This document shows positions 1-15,615 of a stretch of DNA of 64,000 nucleotides, piece after piece. The notes under the pieces were generated by a model. The model saw only the letters and a list, made by a program, of their open reading frames with translations. It had not been told where the DNA came from and did not search any database. Within the stretch, counting starts at the first letter, position 1. The number at the start of each line of letters is the position of its first letter. The stretch is from the human T2T-CHM13v2.0 reference genome, Homo sapiens. The position numbers and the translations under genes were made by a program. The DNA is taken from NCBI RefSeq assembly GCF_009914755.1, contig NC_060942.1; one strand, written 5' to 3'.

Positions 1-1040
1 ATGAGGGAAACATGATGGCACCTGGAAGCTTGGAGATGTCAAGAACTACAGAGCCCCATGGAGGGTGTCACAGCCCTGGCTCGGGGAGCCCCTAGTCTGG
101 ACTTCCCAGAAGGCCACAGCTGTTCTCTCCTTCTCATTATCCGCAACTGTGGCAAGCAGAGGGGCATGTTTAAACCCTGTTGGTGTTACAGCTGTTTCAG
201 TCCTGCCATCTGGCAGGTCCTGAGTTCTTGTCCTGCATCCAGGAATAATGAAGTACATGGACAACAGAGGGTGAACAAGGCATAGAGAAGCTTCATTAAG
301 TGATAGAACAGCTCTCAGGGGACCCAAAGTAGGTAGGTTCTTTCTGCAGGCAGGTCATCTGAGAAGTGTCCAGCTCCCAGCAGAGAGGAGACCCATAGTG
401 GACAGCTCCTACCTCAGGGGAGAGGAGACCCATAGTGGACAGCTGTGTTCTGTAGGCAGGTCATCTGGACAAGCTGAGGAGACCTGAAGTGGGTAGCTCC
501 TTCCTGCAGCTGGTACTCCCAATGTCTGTGTGAGTCTGGCTGAGTCTGGGGTTTTTATGGGCTTAGAAGGGAGGAAGTGTGTACTGACTGGTTTATGGGT
601 GGTCATGGGCAGGCATGGGCAAAAGCACCATAAGTTCTCACTCTGGGTCACAGACTCCACCCAGAACTGGAAGTCTGATCCTGAGGCTTCTGTCCATCCC
701 TGGCTTGAAGGTGGGGTTTCACCGGGGACCTGCCCCTTTCCACCCAGGAGACTGTCTGCCTCCTGCCATCAACATACCATCCATGGCACCCAGGCTGTTT
801 GTGCTGAGGGGCACCTCCAGTCCTGTGCCAAACAGCCCTCAGCACCCCTTCCATCTCCTTCTTGTGCTTAGCAGTGTCCAAAGTCTGGAGGGGCCCAAAG
901 CATCAGGAGGCTTGTGTGTTAGTGTTACTCCCAAGTGTGTGCACACCCAGCTGGGTTGCAGTAGCACCCAGACTAGGCCACAACTTTGCATTGCCCCAGA
1001 GTGGGTGCCTGGAGTAGGAAGAGGCCAGGGAGTGGGAGCA
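1..1040 (-). mobile_element. MER52-like ERV1 LTR, truncated by window start
   Basis: GC-rich block with MER52-type motifs (GAGGGTGTCACAGCCCTGGCTCGGGGAGC; GAGTTCTTGTCCTGCATCCAGGAA) and internal 25-bp direct repeat at 383-407/420-444. Family, strand and right boundary from memory of consensus. Confidence 0.65.
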
Positions 1041-2081
1041 TGAAGGCCATGGTGCTATGTAAAGATTGAGTGGAAAAAGGCATGAACTGGAAAATGACAA
1101 ACCTAACCCCATCTCAGCCACCTGTAGGTATGACTTGGTGCACATATGTGGCCTAAGTTTCTTTTTTTCTCATGGGAAAACTGGCCAGTTGGCAAAAGGA
1201 TCTCTGAATGTATGACTCTTATCTCAAACTTATTAATATTATTTTGGACAATTAAAGATTTTTTTTCTACTGTGAATTTATTATTGTATTTTCTCTTCTG
1301 TACTATGGAGACTCCACTCATTCAGTATTAATAAACTAATAGGCATCTGACAGTCTAGCCTCTCCTCAAACTTCCTTTTCAAGTGGTAGAGTTGATCGGA
1401 CCTTGAACAAGAAAATAACAAACATGCTCCTAGAGTTCATAGAAGCATCTTGTTTATTTCCTGATTTGAGAAGGGCTGATAGAATTGCCCTCTTTCCTAA
1501 ATTTCCCAGTAAATTGCCCTCATTGTGTGTAGACTGAGTTGGACTTCTGAGTTTTCAGTTAGTGGGCATGGCAGTGCTCCTGCCTTTATGTCAGAACTCC
1601 CATTGCACTGCTCACCCCTCTTTAATTTGTTGAAGTGTTAGCAATTACCAACTGATTTGCTCACAAATGTGGCAAGCCGGCCACATCAGCCTTTATAAAA
1701 TCAGAAACCCAAATGTTGGAAACTTGTTGTTTTTCAACTTTTTTGCCTTCTTTTGCCAAACTTTGCCACTGAGATTTCTGACCACCATCTTAAATTCCGC
1801 ATGAAATTATGTAAGTAATCAGACAACCAGATAACAAATGGGAATTACGTGTCCATTAGGGAGGAAAAATTATTCAGAAAACTTTAAAAGTTATGCAATA
1901 ATGGTTTTCCTCAAGTGTTTAAGAGAACAAAAATAATAATTATATTACTCTGAAACAAATGCATTATACCATGTTTTTTTTCTCCTCAGATAATTAAATA
2001 ACTTCTGTCAATCCCCTTACTCAGGTGGTTACTGACTCCCTAATTGTGAATACATTTCTCTCTGGCTAATAACCAACCTAC

Positions 2082-2676
2082 TGTGTCTGGAATTTATTCC
2101 TTCCAGTGGGTTCCTGGTCTTGCTGACTTCAAGAATGAAGCTGTGGACCCTTGCGGTGAGTGTTACAGTTCATAAAGATGTTGTGTCCGGAGTTTGTTCC
2201 TTCAGATGTTCAGATGTGTCTGGAGTTTCTTCCTTCTCGTGGGTTCGTGATCTTGCTGACTTCAGGAGTGGAACTGCAGACGTTTGCAGTGAGTGTTACA
2301 GCTCTTAAAGGTGGCGTGTCCAGAGTTGTTTGTTCCTCCTGGGGGGTTCGTGGTCTCACTGACTTCAGGAGTGAAGTCACAGACCTCCTCAGTGTCACAG
2401 CTCATAAAGGTAGTGTGGACCCAAAGAGTGAGCAGCAGCAAGATTTATTGTGAAGAGAGAAAGAACAAAGCTTCCACTGCATGGAAGGGGACCCGAGCAG
2501 GTTGCTTCTGCTGGCTTGGGTGGCCAGCTTTTATTCTGTTATTTGGCCCTGCCTACATCCTGCTGATTGGTCCATTTTACAGAGTGCTGATTGGTGCCTT
2601 TACAAAGCTTTAGCTAGACAGAAAAGTTCTCCAAGTCCCTACTGGACCCAGGAAGTCCAGCTGGCTTCACCTCTCA
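2082..2676 (-). mobile_element. LTR12 (ERV9) solo LTR, short LTR12F-like type
   Basis: Reverse complement begins TGAGAGGTGAAGCCAGCTGGACTTCC and ends GACACA; perfect 4-bp TSD CTAC at 2078-2081 and 2677-2680; two CCAAT boxes on minus strand. Confidence 0.93.
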
Positions 2677-4289
2677 CTACCACATATTATTCTTCTCCTT
2701 TACTTAATATTACTTGATGATCCTCAGTTATGTGCAAGGCATTATATTCTCAGGAAATTCCTTTATTCTTGACCTATTCCTTTTGCTCCCTTTTATGATA
2801 TGCCAAGATACATTGCCTTTATAACATCCATATAGGGGCTTTGAGAATCTCTATCTGGAAGACGGACTACATTATGTTTACCAATGAATGTTTTGGAGAG
2901 AAGGAAGAAACCATCTTATTTCAGGAGTGAGTGGGCTCCCCTCTGTGAATAAGCACTGCTTCCAATGTGCACATACACAGCTAATGATCCAGCAGGCAAA
3001 AATAATTTTAATAATTTCATTAACAGTGGGAATAAAAAAATTGCTGAATAAAACACCTATTTACTAAATAAAAGAAATATGTCTCTGCTTTTCAGTAGAC
3101 TGAACTTTTGGTGTTTACTATAGATAGGAAGTCAATGGACAAAGGGCTTATTGCTAATTCAAAACTCAGCACAAAGGCATACCTTTTCTAGTTTGTTAAT
3201 TGTTTTACCGAAATCATTAGATTAACTCCAGAAGATTAAGTATTGAGAAATGCGGTAATTAAAAATAATGTAATTATATTCATAAAGAATACAGAAGCTA
3301 TGAGATTAATAAAATGAGAAAAATTCATAAACAGACAGTATGGGATTTATTGTTAATAATTTATGATGACTCTCTATAGAATAAACCTGGAAGTCTTTCC
3401 TGACAGGACTCTAATGTTGTTGCTATATTTACGCTCCGCTTCTTGGATTACTAGAATTTGAAGTAGCTGAAAGTCCTATATTTTCCTGCTTCTCTCTAAG
3501 ACGTCATTGGCAACACTCTTTACTGTCCTCTAACCACTATACTGGAGATCTGAACATTTTGAAGAGACAGCAAGTAGCTTCTTCTGACAAACAAAGAAAA
3601 AGAGATATATTACTTCCTAACCTCTACTGACAGTTCATGTTCTAGATAATTTACCTGTATAGGAAAGAGCTAGCTGCAGAGTAAAGATTATTAATTTGAA
3701 GATAATTTCTCCTTATTCACAGACAATGATTGTAGAATAATTATAGGCTCTTCTCTATCATAAAGCATCCTCAGGCTTCTCTTCAGCTGCTACTTGCACT
3801 CAGATTACTGGTCATGAAATCAACTAGCATTCTTACATGATAGAAACGTCCATGTGTTTTAATGAATTTGCATACACACAGAGAAATAAACACACACACA
3901 GAATTATACAGACTTTAGCACTTCTTTGCTTGTATTTTATCAATCCTACTGAAATATTATATTGTATCTTGGAGCTGATGTTCGAAGTACATTTTGGATT
4001 TGGATGCAGAAGTTAAATACCATATCCTACATGTGAGGCCAACACATAAAAGGCTTAAACGCTGCATCCAGATCAGTGTGATAAATTAAGAGTGATTAAA
4101 TAGCATGCTAGAGCTGGTTTGACCTAAAGAGGCACTTAGGAGCTATCTTATGCAGACAGTAGAATTCAGAAATTTAACATAATTAGATGCCTGCCTTGTG
4201 ATTTTGCAGCCCTAATAGAATGCTATGGACATGTTGAATTTTAATAACTCACAGAAGAATACATCACAGCATAAAATTGTAGACTTACA

Positions 4290-4455
4290 AATGTCTTTAG
4301 TTCTCATTTAACAAATCTCCCCTTTTCTTATACTGTCAAGAAGCTGAGGTTTGCAAAGATTAAAGCAATTTATCCAAGGTCACACAGCTCCTAAATACTA
4401 GGGCTGAAACTAGAATCTCTAGACCTTTTCCTGAAATCTTTACCATATTAACTGC
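4290..4455 (-). mobile_element. MIR SINE fragment
   Basis: MIR core-like GAAGCTGAGGTTTGCAAAGATTAAAGCAATTTATCCAAGGTCACACAGCT; boundaries approximate. Confidence 0.65.
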
Positions 4456-5347
4456 CTACTAGAATTGAACATTTACTTTCTATTTCATCATTGGAACTTA
4501 TTCTCTTATCCTATGCTAAGGAGAGAAAAATATCTCATACATAAAAGTGTCTAATAAATATGGTTAACTTTTTAAAAAATTGGATCACTAATTTCATCCT
4601 CCTATAACCCTGAAAATTGCTAGCATTCATTTTTAAAGAATTCTAGAAAACAAGTATGGACATCTATCTATTTCTGGATACAAATTAGGCCATAAAACAG
4701 CTTAAGAATATGTATGAACCCTCAAGCTCAGTGTCAGACTCCAACTAGGCATTTTGGTTGCCATTATTTATATCTTCTATGGTCATAATTTGAACATGAT
4801 TTCAATCAAGTATTTCAGTATTTTTTATTTTTCCAATGTTTTCGAATAGTGATTTTTAAGGTTTGTGTCTTGTGAACGGATTTAAAAGTAGAATGAATTA
4901 TACAACTCCCTTTGTCTGTGAATATTTTATGTTTAATATGAATTATTTTCTCAGAGCTTCAATGTTGAGATAAAAGTCAGGCACAAAAAGTCCATTACAG
5001 GATGCAGGAAGCCACTGAAGTTCGATTAGTCTATTGATTGTCTAAGGAGTAATCAACAATGATTCTTGAATATTTTATTCCAATATTTTGTTTCCATTGC
5101 AACTTCTATTTGATACTTTCCTTCTAAGCATGCCATTCATACTCACAGGTAAATCCAGAAGAGGGAGCTCCCAGTATAAGGAGGGGTTTGGATCAACAAG
5201 GCCTCCTAGGTCCTGTGCAATAGCCAGTGACCCACAGTGCCTGCAAAAGGATGCTAATTCCACAGCCTGCCACCCACAGCTTTCCTTGCTATGGCCTCAT
5301 CCTACTCACCGAATTTCATCTCAACAACTCTTACTCCCTCACCTTCC

Positions 5348-5649
<302 letters not shown>

Positions 5650-7869
5650 TCATTTTTCAACAGAAAATCCCTCAGCTTTTCTCTGTTTAAGTATTTATTT
5701 CTGCTTAGTGATGTTTGCCTCAGGAACACATACCACACACACAAACACGCATGCACACACACACCTCTTCCACACTGGGTGTGGAGTGATACTTCATAGA
5801 AATGCTGTACTTTCCTAAGTCTTTCCTATTCTGGTAGATGTTTGTACTGTGTTTCTTATCTTACTGTATCCTATATAAAAGATACTGGATCGAATTACCA
5901 GATGAAAGACTTGAGGGTTCAAAGGCAAGATTTCTAAGAGGTTTTGAAGGCAACGAGGACAGCAATGAGCTCAATGAAAGATAAAGCACTAGGAACCACC
6001 ATATTTTTTCAGTTGGCATGCTTTCTTTATAATAGGCAATGTAATAGGCTTTTATCATATGTTATTCCATCATTATAAGTATATATTTATGGTACAACTA
6101 ATAGGATTTTTCCATTTTTGTATTAAAAAGACAGAATAAACAGTTTTACCTATTATCAACATATATTGATCCTTAAAGTAGAATGACAATGTATACTAAT
6201 ATCCTTTCAATTAGTATATTTTCAAACACAGACTTATGATCTACCTATTTACTGATGCTAAGTGGGAGTTATAATCACTTCATGGATCCTATTCAGATCT
6301 ACATTCAACATACCAAATTCATCTAGACCACTTCCTGAGGGAAAATAATGTGTTTTCACTGGTAACGCAAAGCAGCATTTTTTGAGTCTTGGTTCCAGCA
6401 ACCACATTGCACCACTTTTAAATTCATGACACTCCATACTGAGGCATTATTTTTTTCTTTGAAAAATGACTAATTTTATTATCCTAATTCATATATATTT
6501 GTTCTTACACTTAGAAATATTTTTGTCCAGGAAACTGGTTTCTTACTTCTATATACACCTATAGATATTTTTAAAGTAACATTTTTGCCAGATTTGGATT
6601 GCCTAGAATATATTTCATTTATTTATATTATCTGCAAAATATTTAAATTGAAATCACACAATACAGTTTTATTCTAAATATAGCATTTGGTGCGTGTAAT
6701 GTGATGACCTGCTGTTGCGAGTTTTAAAGACTGAGTGTTAAAATGAAGGAAATTATGTGATATATTTTCTTACACTTTAAGAATATTTTAAAATCTCTCA
6801 AATTTATTATCTAACTTTTTATGATCATTCTGAGTCAGATGAAGCAATGCTAGAGCTAAGAAAAATGAAGCTTACTTAAGATTATGCCAAAATTAAGTCT
6901 TGGGTATGGGATTAGAACATATGTATCAACTGTTTCAGCAAAATGACCTTTTCCACATACCACATCATTAAATGCTACTCTACTTAAATTCCACAGTTTC
7001 TTAATTATTTTTCTTTTTCGTCAGATGGCATCAAGGTATGGGAAAGTATAAGTTTCATGCCAGAAGTCTTGTTAGACACATCCTTAATCCCTCTGAGATT
7101 CAGTGTCAAATAATTCATTCATTAAAGTAGTATCTGTCAAAATGTCAGTCCTTTAAAGATGAAAATGCAAGTTAACAGATTGTCTATAAACGCTACCAGA
7201 AGTTAAGGGTGGTGGAGATGATTGGGATAATAATGTTAATATTGGCTTCCAGTGAATCTCTCATGAAAATTGGGTCTTCGTGATTTTAAGGCTTATCAAA
7301 ATAAGAAAATAGCAACATTGGATATAAGAAATAGCCAAAATGAGGTATTAATAGCATAGAAAATATTTGAATTGTATCTTACTATGTATCAAAATTTCTA
7401 TCATAGTGAATGTATATTGAAGTGCTTTTTACTAGAGTGCATTTGGCTGCAGAACTCTAGCTGGCAGAGAACAAAAATGAGTGCAGAAGAGAGAGAGTGT
7501 TTTGGATATAAGGAAAGGAAAACAGGACAACATAAATAGTCAAAGAACTGAAATCTTCTAAATGTTAAACCCTATCCTTTCTTAAACACTGGCCTTTCCA
7601 AAGGCTATATGGCTGAGTGTTTAGTGAAGCTCACACTGTCCTTGCCAAAGACTGACTTTGACTTCAGAGCCATAGGTTTAGTTTGCTCTCACAACTGAAG
7701 CTGAAAAACACTAAATTTCCTAGTAAGAGAAGTGAAGAGAAATTATTAATAGGTTCTTTTGCTCAGCTATAAGTTAAAAAACTTGGGGGTCCCTGATATA
7801 AATATTCAGGATCATGTAATCCTAATCTCTGAGACATTTACATATTTTATAAAGCATTTTATTGGTGCA

Positions 7870-7960
7870 AGTTTCTTTAAGAATATTTTGTATCACAAAA
7901 TTACCATATGAGCCAGGAATGTCAGTTTTGGTACATAATTGAAAGAATTGAAAGCAGAGT
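7870..7960 (+). mobile_element. Old L1 ORF2 3' fragment
   Basis: AAAATTACCATATGAGCCAGGAAT...GAAAGAATTGAAAGCAG resembles the L1 ORF2 C-terminal coding region. Confidence 0.5.
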
Positions 7961-8021
7961 AATAATTAGAATAATAGTTTATTCTAAGAATAAACTCTTA
8001 GAATAATAATTCTAAGATTTT

Positions 8022-8572
8022 TGTCTGAGTTGCTTAGACAATGACTTGGCTCCTATAGTGATAGGGCAAGAGCCCTTACCTCCTACCAGCTTATAGGGCT
8101 GCATGTGACCTCAGCTGACCACTGCAGGAATGACCACTCCCCCAGTTCCTGGCAAGGAGACTGCAAATTCCTTTGCCTGTGAAATTTTCAGGTAGTAGGC
8201 AGCTGTAGAAAGCGGTACCCCAAATCCAAACTGACTGTCATTCAAACAGTCTATGTGCCCTACTATTGATAACTTTGTTCTCACCTTGTCCTATAAAACA
8301 AGAGCAACGAGAGAGAAGTGGGTATCCTACACTGGGCTGTGGGAGTAGTTTTCTTGTCCAGCAGTGTTTACTGGCCCTGGCACACAGCTGTATGAGATGA
8401 TAGGAAGCTAGGGGGGTCTTGATTTATCTTCTCTGTCTGACCCCAGATGTGTAAGTTTTCCCCTTCCACAATATAACCTCTTTCTCACATCTATGTCGTG
8501 TTATCTTATGTATCCCATCACAAGTCTGGTGCAAGGCAATTGGTGAACTATCGGGACTCCCCTTTCACAACA
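8022..8572 (+). mobile_element. Probable ancient LTR, family unassigned
   Basis: GC-richer block with TG...CA ends and CCTATAAAA near 8290; no TSD recognised. Confidence 0.3.
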
Positions 8573-8988
8573 GTGATGAGCATGGAAGGAGATGCTGGGC
8601 ATGGCCTTCCCATTACTGTTTGCCAGCTCTGGGCTTGTTCTTTTAAATGTTATAATTTGAAATATTTTAAACGAATCATATAAATAATTATCTACTTTGG
8701 TTTTTAACCTTAGATCTCCACAACGTTTAAAAATGTCAATTTCCAATAGTTTTTCTCCCCTCCCCTTCATTCCTTCAGCACAACTCCAGAAGGCTGTTTG
8801 CTATAACAGGCTGAGTGCAACTGAAGTAACTCGAGGTTCAGTAGAAATGGAGGGGAATAACAGCACACCGTAGACAAAGCCCAGACAACACAAACCACTG
8901 TTAAATATACATGTAGATGTTCTTAACACTTTGTAGACTTTCTACCTAAGAATGTGTTTCTCACTGAAAATCTTTCTTCAATCCCTAA

Positions 8989-9471
<483 letters not shown>

Positions 9472-9709
9472 AAATTTCTCCTTCTTAATAAAAAGCTTCT
9501 AAAAAATAACTTGTAAATTAGAACTTCTAAAAAAGTTCTAATAAATTATATTAAAGAGGTTTGCTAAATTGACAAAGTTTGTGGTTACAAACTGTGCTTT
9601 ATTAGCATAGAATTTGAACTGGTTGGAAAGTGCCCAATCTATTACCAAGACCATGATTAATAGACAAGGACCCACTTTACTGCAAAGTATGAGAGAGTTG
9701 ATCTGACCT

Positions 9710-9980
9710 AGCAGATTAAGACAATGGTTTCTGGAGTCAAAACTTAGGTATAAGTTCAAGCCTCTTGACTTCCTGATTGTGAAATCTGAGCAAGTTTTTT
9801 AACCTGTCTGTGCCATAATTTCTTCATTTATGAAATTTCTTCATTTACATAATTCCTTCATTTATGAAATTGAGGTAACAATGTAACTACCTTTTATGAT
9901 TGTTAAGAGAGATTGATAAATTTTTAAATGTTTTTTAAAAAAACAGTGATTGGGGCATAATGCTCAAGGAATATTTGTTT
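9710..9980 (+). mobile_element. MIR SINE with internal 17-bp triplication (9817-9870)
   Basis: TCTGGAGTCA...GAGCAAGTTTTTTAACCTGTCTGTGCC...TTCTTCATTTATGAAA; AATTYCTTCATTTA at 9817, 9834, 9851. Confidence 0.75.
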
Positions 9981-10689
9981 TATTCTTATGGAGAAACTCA
10001 AGATCAAATTTTTGGTGTTTTCACAATACCACTTTTTATATGACAGTGTTAGAAGGGTCTTCTATGGCCATAAATTGAGTTGGAACCAATTTCTAGGTTT
10101 CTAACTTATACACTATATTTTCTCAGCTATAGACACACTTTCTGATGTGTGTACACAGGGGACAATCACTGACTCTATCTGCCTAATTTGTGTTGGGAGT
10201 GGTAGTGAGACAAGAAGCAAAGGAAGTCCATGAAAAGCTCAGAAACTGAGCAGACTTTTCAATGTAGCCACAGAGCTGGGCACAAAAATAAGAGAGAATT
10301 AAATCACAAGAGAGAGATCTTGATGTACACACCAGTTTTTTGGAGGAGCTGCAGACAATTACATTTCTGGTGTACATGCAACATAAAACGACCCTTGCAC
10401 AGACTAAAGCACACCTGCAAATCAGCCAGTCACTAATTAGGGTGAGGAGCTCTGCCCCTAGTCTACCTGTTTTATATGAGCATAAGTTAGTGTCTTTGGA
10501 TGAATATAATAGCATTTAATCCTCAGATTATCTATATGACTTTTTATATGTAATATATAGTGAACTAAACATATGCAGATATATAAAAAGGCAAGCTTTA
10601 AGCAAAAGCTAAGATAAATAATGAATGCAAAGGAGTTCTAGAGTTTTTTGCACACACATATAATTACAATTACGCTATCAAAAGAAATA

Positions 10690-12220
<1,531 letters not shown>

Positions 12221-12383
12221 CATAGCTTTAGTGATTTCTAAACTTTAATTTGGACATTGTTCTTTATATATATATGTCTGCGTCTCTCTCCATATATAAA
12301 AATACATAAATAGAATTTTATAGATATATAACTCTATGTCTAGAACTCCTTTGCATTTATTGTTTATATTTTATATATATAGA

Positions 12384-12386
<3 letters not shown>

Positions 12387-12417
<31 letters not shown>
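12387..12417. repeat. (AT)n microsatellite
   Basis: Uninterrupted AT run. Confidence 0.9.
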
Positions 12418-12423
<6 letters not shown>

Positions 12424-14771
12424 CACATGTATCTGAGTTTAATCCTTAAGAAAATATGTCCCTCCTCTAGCATTTTGCAGCACAATCAATTTTAAGATTG
12501 GCTGATACACATTTTAGGAAAAGTGTAAAAATATAAAATTTATGGACTGAACAGCTTAAATCAGAGTCATATGTTCAAATGAACATTTCCACACTTTTTT
12601 AGCTGCTTTATTAATTACATTGGGTGAAAAATAGGTATGTATAATAATCTTAGGGACAACAATTAGAAATATGCTAATCATCTTGGAAAACTAATGTTAA
12701 TTTATAATTCAAATATTATGTTACTCAATTCAATCTCTTCATCCTTTTATACATTGTGTAACTTCCCCACAATGAAAATTACACACTGATGCAGAATGGA
12801 ACTTTTCTTTGTATGGACAAAAGTGCTACATGAACATAATCTGTACCACTCTGGGGGGTCTATTCTCAGATATCTTTGTTATCAGTCTCTAATACATTTG
12901 CTACTAAATTACAACAGAGAGAATTATAGTTGTCATTTGGTAAAATATTAAAGAAATTTAAGGTAAGAGGCAATGCTGCTGGCAATTCTTTTTATAGTTA
13001 GGAGAGGAGTAAACAAAACAAAACAAAAAACTCCCTACATTGTCCCCAAATGTATCACAGCACTTCCTTTTATCTGAAATTACCCACCAGGCAAGCAAAC
13101 AAGAGATCATGGGAGATGTAGCTGTCTGTGTTTAAGAGATGGGCAGAGCAAGGCTGAACAGAGCAAATAGACAAACAACTGGCATGTTGAAGGAGATCCA
13201 GCATTCCTGTGGGTAATGTCTCCTGTTGTCACCAGTATATAGCATAAAGACATTTGCCACCTGCCAGCTGCACGCCTGGATGACCCCTGAGGACGGAGCT
13301 CATTATTTTGTCTGTCTTAGTTTATTTAGGGCCTGATTATCTTACCTAGATGAAATCTGGCTTCCTCTCAGCCCATCTCATTCCGTGTTATATTCTAAAT
13401 CCTCTTGTAAGGAAATAAATCTTGCCAAACTGGTATCTAAAGCATATTCATGAGCCCTTCAATCAACATGTACACCCCAGAGGTTTGAGGAAGCTCTGTC
13501 TCAAAACCTCTCTTTGGCTAATAAAGCTCAGACCCTAGAGTATATGATGTTGCTTTCTCCTGGGTTGGTTGAAAACAACACTTTATTTCATTGGTTTTAT
13601 CTTCTCTGACCTAATGCAATTTCCCATTTCTAGCCAAACCTAATAGTTTTATTTTCTTCACACTCTTCTCATTTTTCCTTTAACGCTTCTCATTGGGAGA
13701 GAAAAGCAGCAAGATTTTTCTTCACTTTACTTTCGTCACCTCTTTACTCTCCCTGAGCATCAAGTGTCAGAAATTCCACAATCATGAAAGGCTAAAATAC
13801 TATGATATTATGTTCCTACAGGTCTGGGCCTTATAAATTTCATCAATGAAATGTTACAGTAATGGGGGGTGCTAAAATGATTTATCAAATCATCTCTCAA
13901 CTTAATAGTCTGGATTGTTGGTGGGAATCTTTGTTTCTTTTTCTCACTACCGTTCTTACTACGAACCTAACTCCCTTGCTCAGCTCAGGCAGGTAGACAA
14001 CACGCACTAATTACGGAAAAGGCCTTGGACTTCAGATGGCAAGGGCTTGTCTACTAGAGTAAAAAGTAGAAAAAAAAGTAGTCCTTTTCATTGTCCTGTT
14101 ATGCAGTTTATCTATGTAGTAAGTGTTCATCCCCAAATATAATCTCAAAATAATTGATATCAGGCTCTTAAAGAAAGCCAAAGAGAAGGAAGTAATACTA
14201 AAAGATCTCAAAGGTTATACAGTGAAACCACCAATCTTGATGCACAAAATCATAGCCTTTCATCAAGCTGAACTTCACTTCATACCTTAGTTGACCACAG
14301 AGTTGCCTTCACTAGATTAATTTTAAATGTTATTCCCTGAAATTTTATTGGCAAGCACTAGATCAAAATGATTGTATCAAAATCACTAATGTACTTGCCA
14401 TAAAGCTGTGTGGACACTGTCCTCCCTGTCCTTTATGTCTTCTTTGTAACATCAGGACGTCTCTTGTAGAAACAGGCTAACAGAGCTCATGCCTCCCTTG
14501 AGGAACTGGCTTTCTGCCTCCTGTCAGTTAAATAATTATGCAAATAATCATCTGTCTTCTTACTTTGGCTGCTAAAAAAGATCAGAGAAAAAATTTGTAA
14601 CTGCAATATAACAGTTTGGTTTGAATCTGAATTTATGACGTCTTCTATTACTTGGATCTAATTTTTCTTTCCTATTTTGTATTTTCTTGAAAGTGTTTAT
14701 ATCATATAATTGATGAAGTCCACAGTGTAGATATCTGCATTTTCCTGAGGAAAAGTTTAGAGATTTGTTGG

Positions 14772-15289
14772 TATGATGGTTAAAACCGAATGTCAACTTT
14801 ATTGGATTGAAGGATGCAAAATATTGTTCCTGGATATGTCTGTAAGAGTGTTGCCAGAAAAGACTGACATATGAGTCAGTGGACTGGCAAAGGCAGACCC
14901 ACCCTCAGTCTGGGTGGGCACCATCTAATCAGCTGCCAGTGCCACTAGAATAAAAGTAGGCATAAGAACACAAAAAGACCAGACTGGCTTAGTCTCCTGG
15001 CATACATCTTTCTCTCACGCTGGATGCTTTCTGCCCTCAAACATCTGATTCCAAGTTCTTCACCTTTGGGAATCTTGGACCTTCAACCACAGACTGAAGG
15101 CTGCACTGTTGGCTTCCCTACTTTTGTGATTTTGGGACTCAGACTGGCTTCCTTGCTCCTCAGCTTGCATATGATCTATTGTGGGGCCTCACCTTGTGAT
15201 CCTGTGAGTCAATACTCCTTAATAAACTCCTCTTTATATATACATCTATCCTATTATTTCTGTCCCTCTAGAGAACCCTGACTAATACA
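14772..15289 (+). mobile_element. MLT2A (HERV-L) solo LTR
   Basis: Starts TATGATGGTTAA, contains GGCAGACCCACCCTCAGTCTGGGTGGGCACCATCTAATCAGCTGCCAG and AATAAA, ends CTAGAGAACCCTGACTAATACA; degenerate TSD GTTGG/GTTAA. Confidence 0.9.
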
Positions 15290-15379
15290 GTTAATTAAAC
15301 AACTATTTTAATTTTTCACTGTTACTAAGACTTAAAAATGGATGTTTTCATGCAAAATTCTGTTCCCTTTACATGAATC

Positions 15380-15615
15380 CAGTGGTTTTCAATGGGAAGA
15401 GTAAGGTAGCTGTCCTTGAGATATTTGCAATATTTGGAGACAATTTTGTTTGTCACAACCTAGGGGAGGATTGATATTGATATCTAATGGGTAAAGCCGA
15501 GGGATGCTGCTAGATGTCCTAGAATACACAAGGCAATCCTACTGTCCTCTGCCACTCCAAGTACAGATAACTTTTCAACTCAAAATGTTAACAGTTCTGA
15601 GGTTGAGAAAGCCTG
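15380..15615. mobile_element. MER20 (hAT-Charlie) DNA transposon
   Basis: Imperfect TIRs CAGTGGTTTTCAA...TTGAGAAAGCCTG and internal TGGAGACAATTTTGTTTGTCACAAC, GGATGCTGCTA motifs. Confidence 0.85.
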
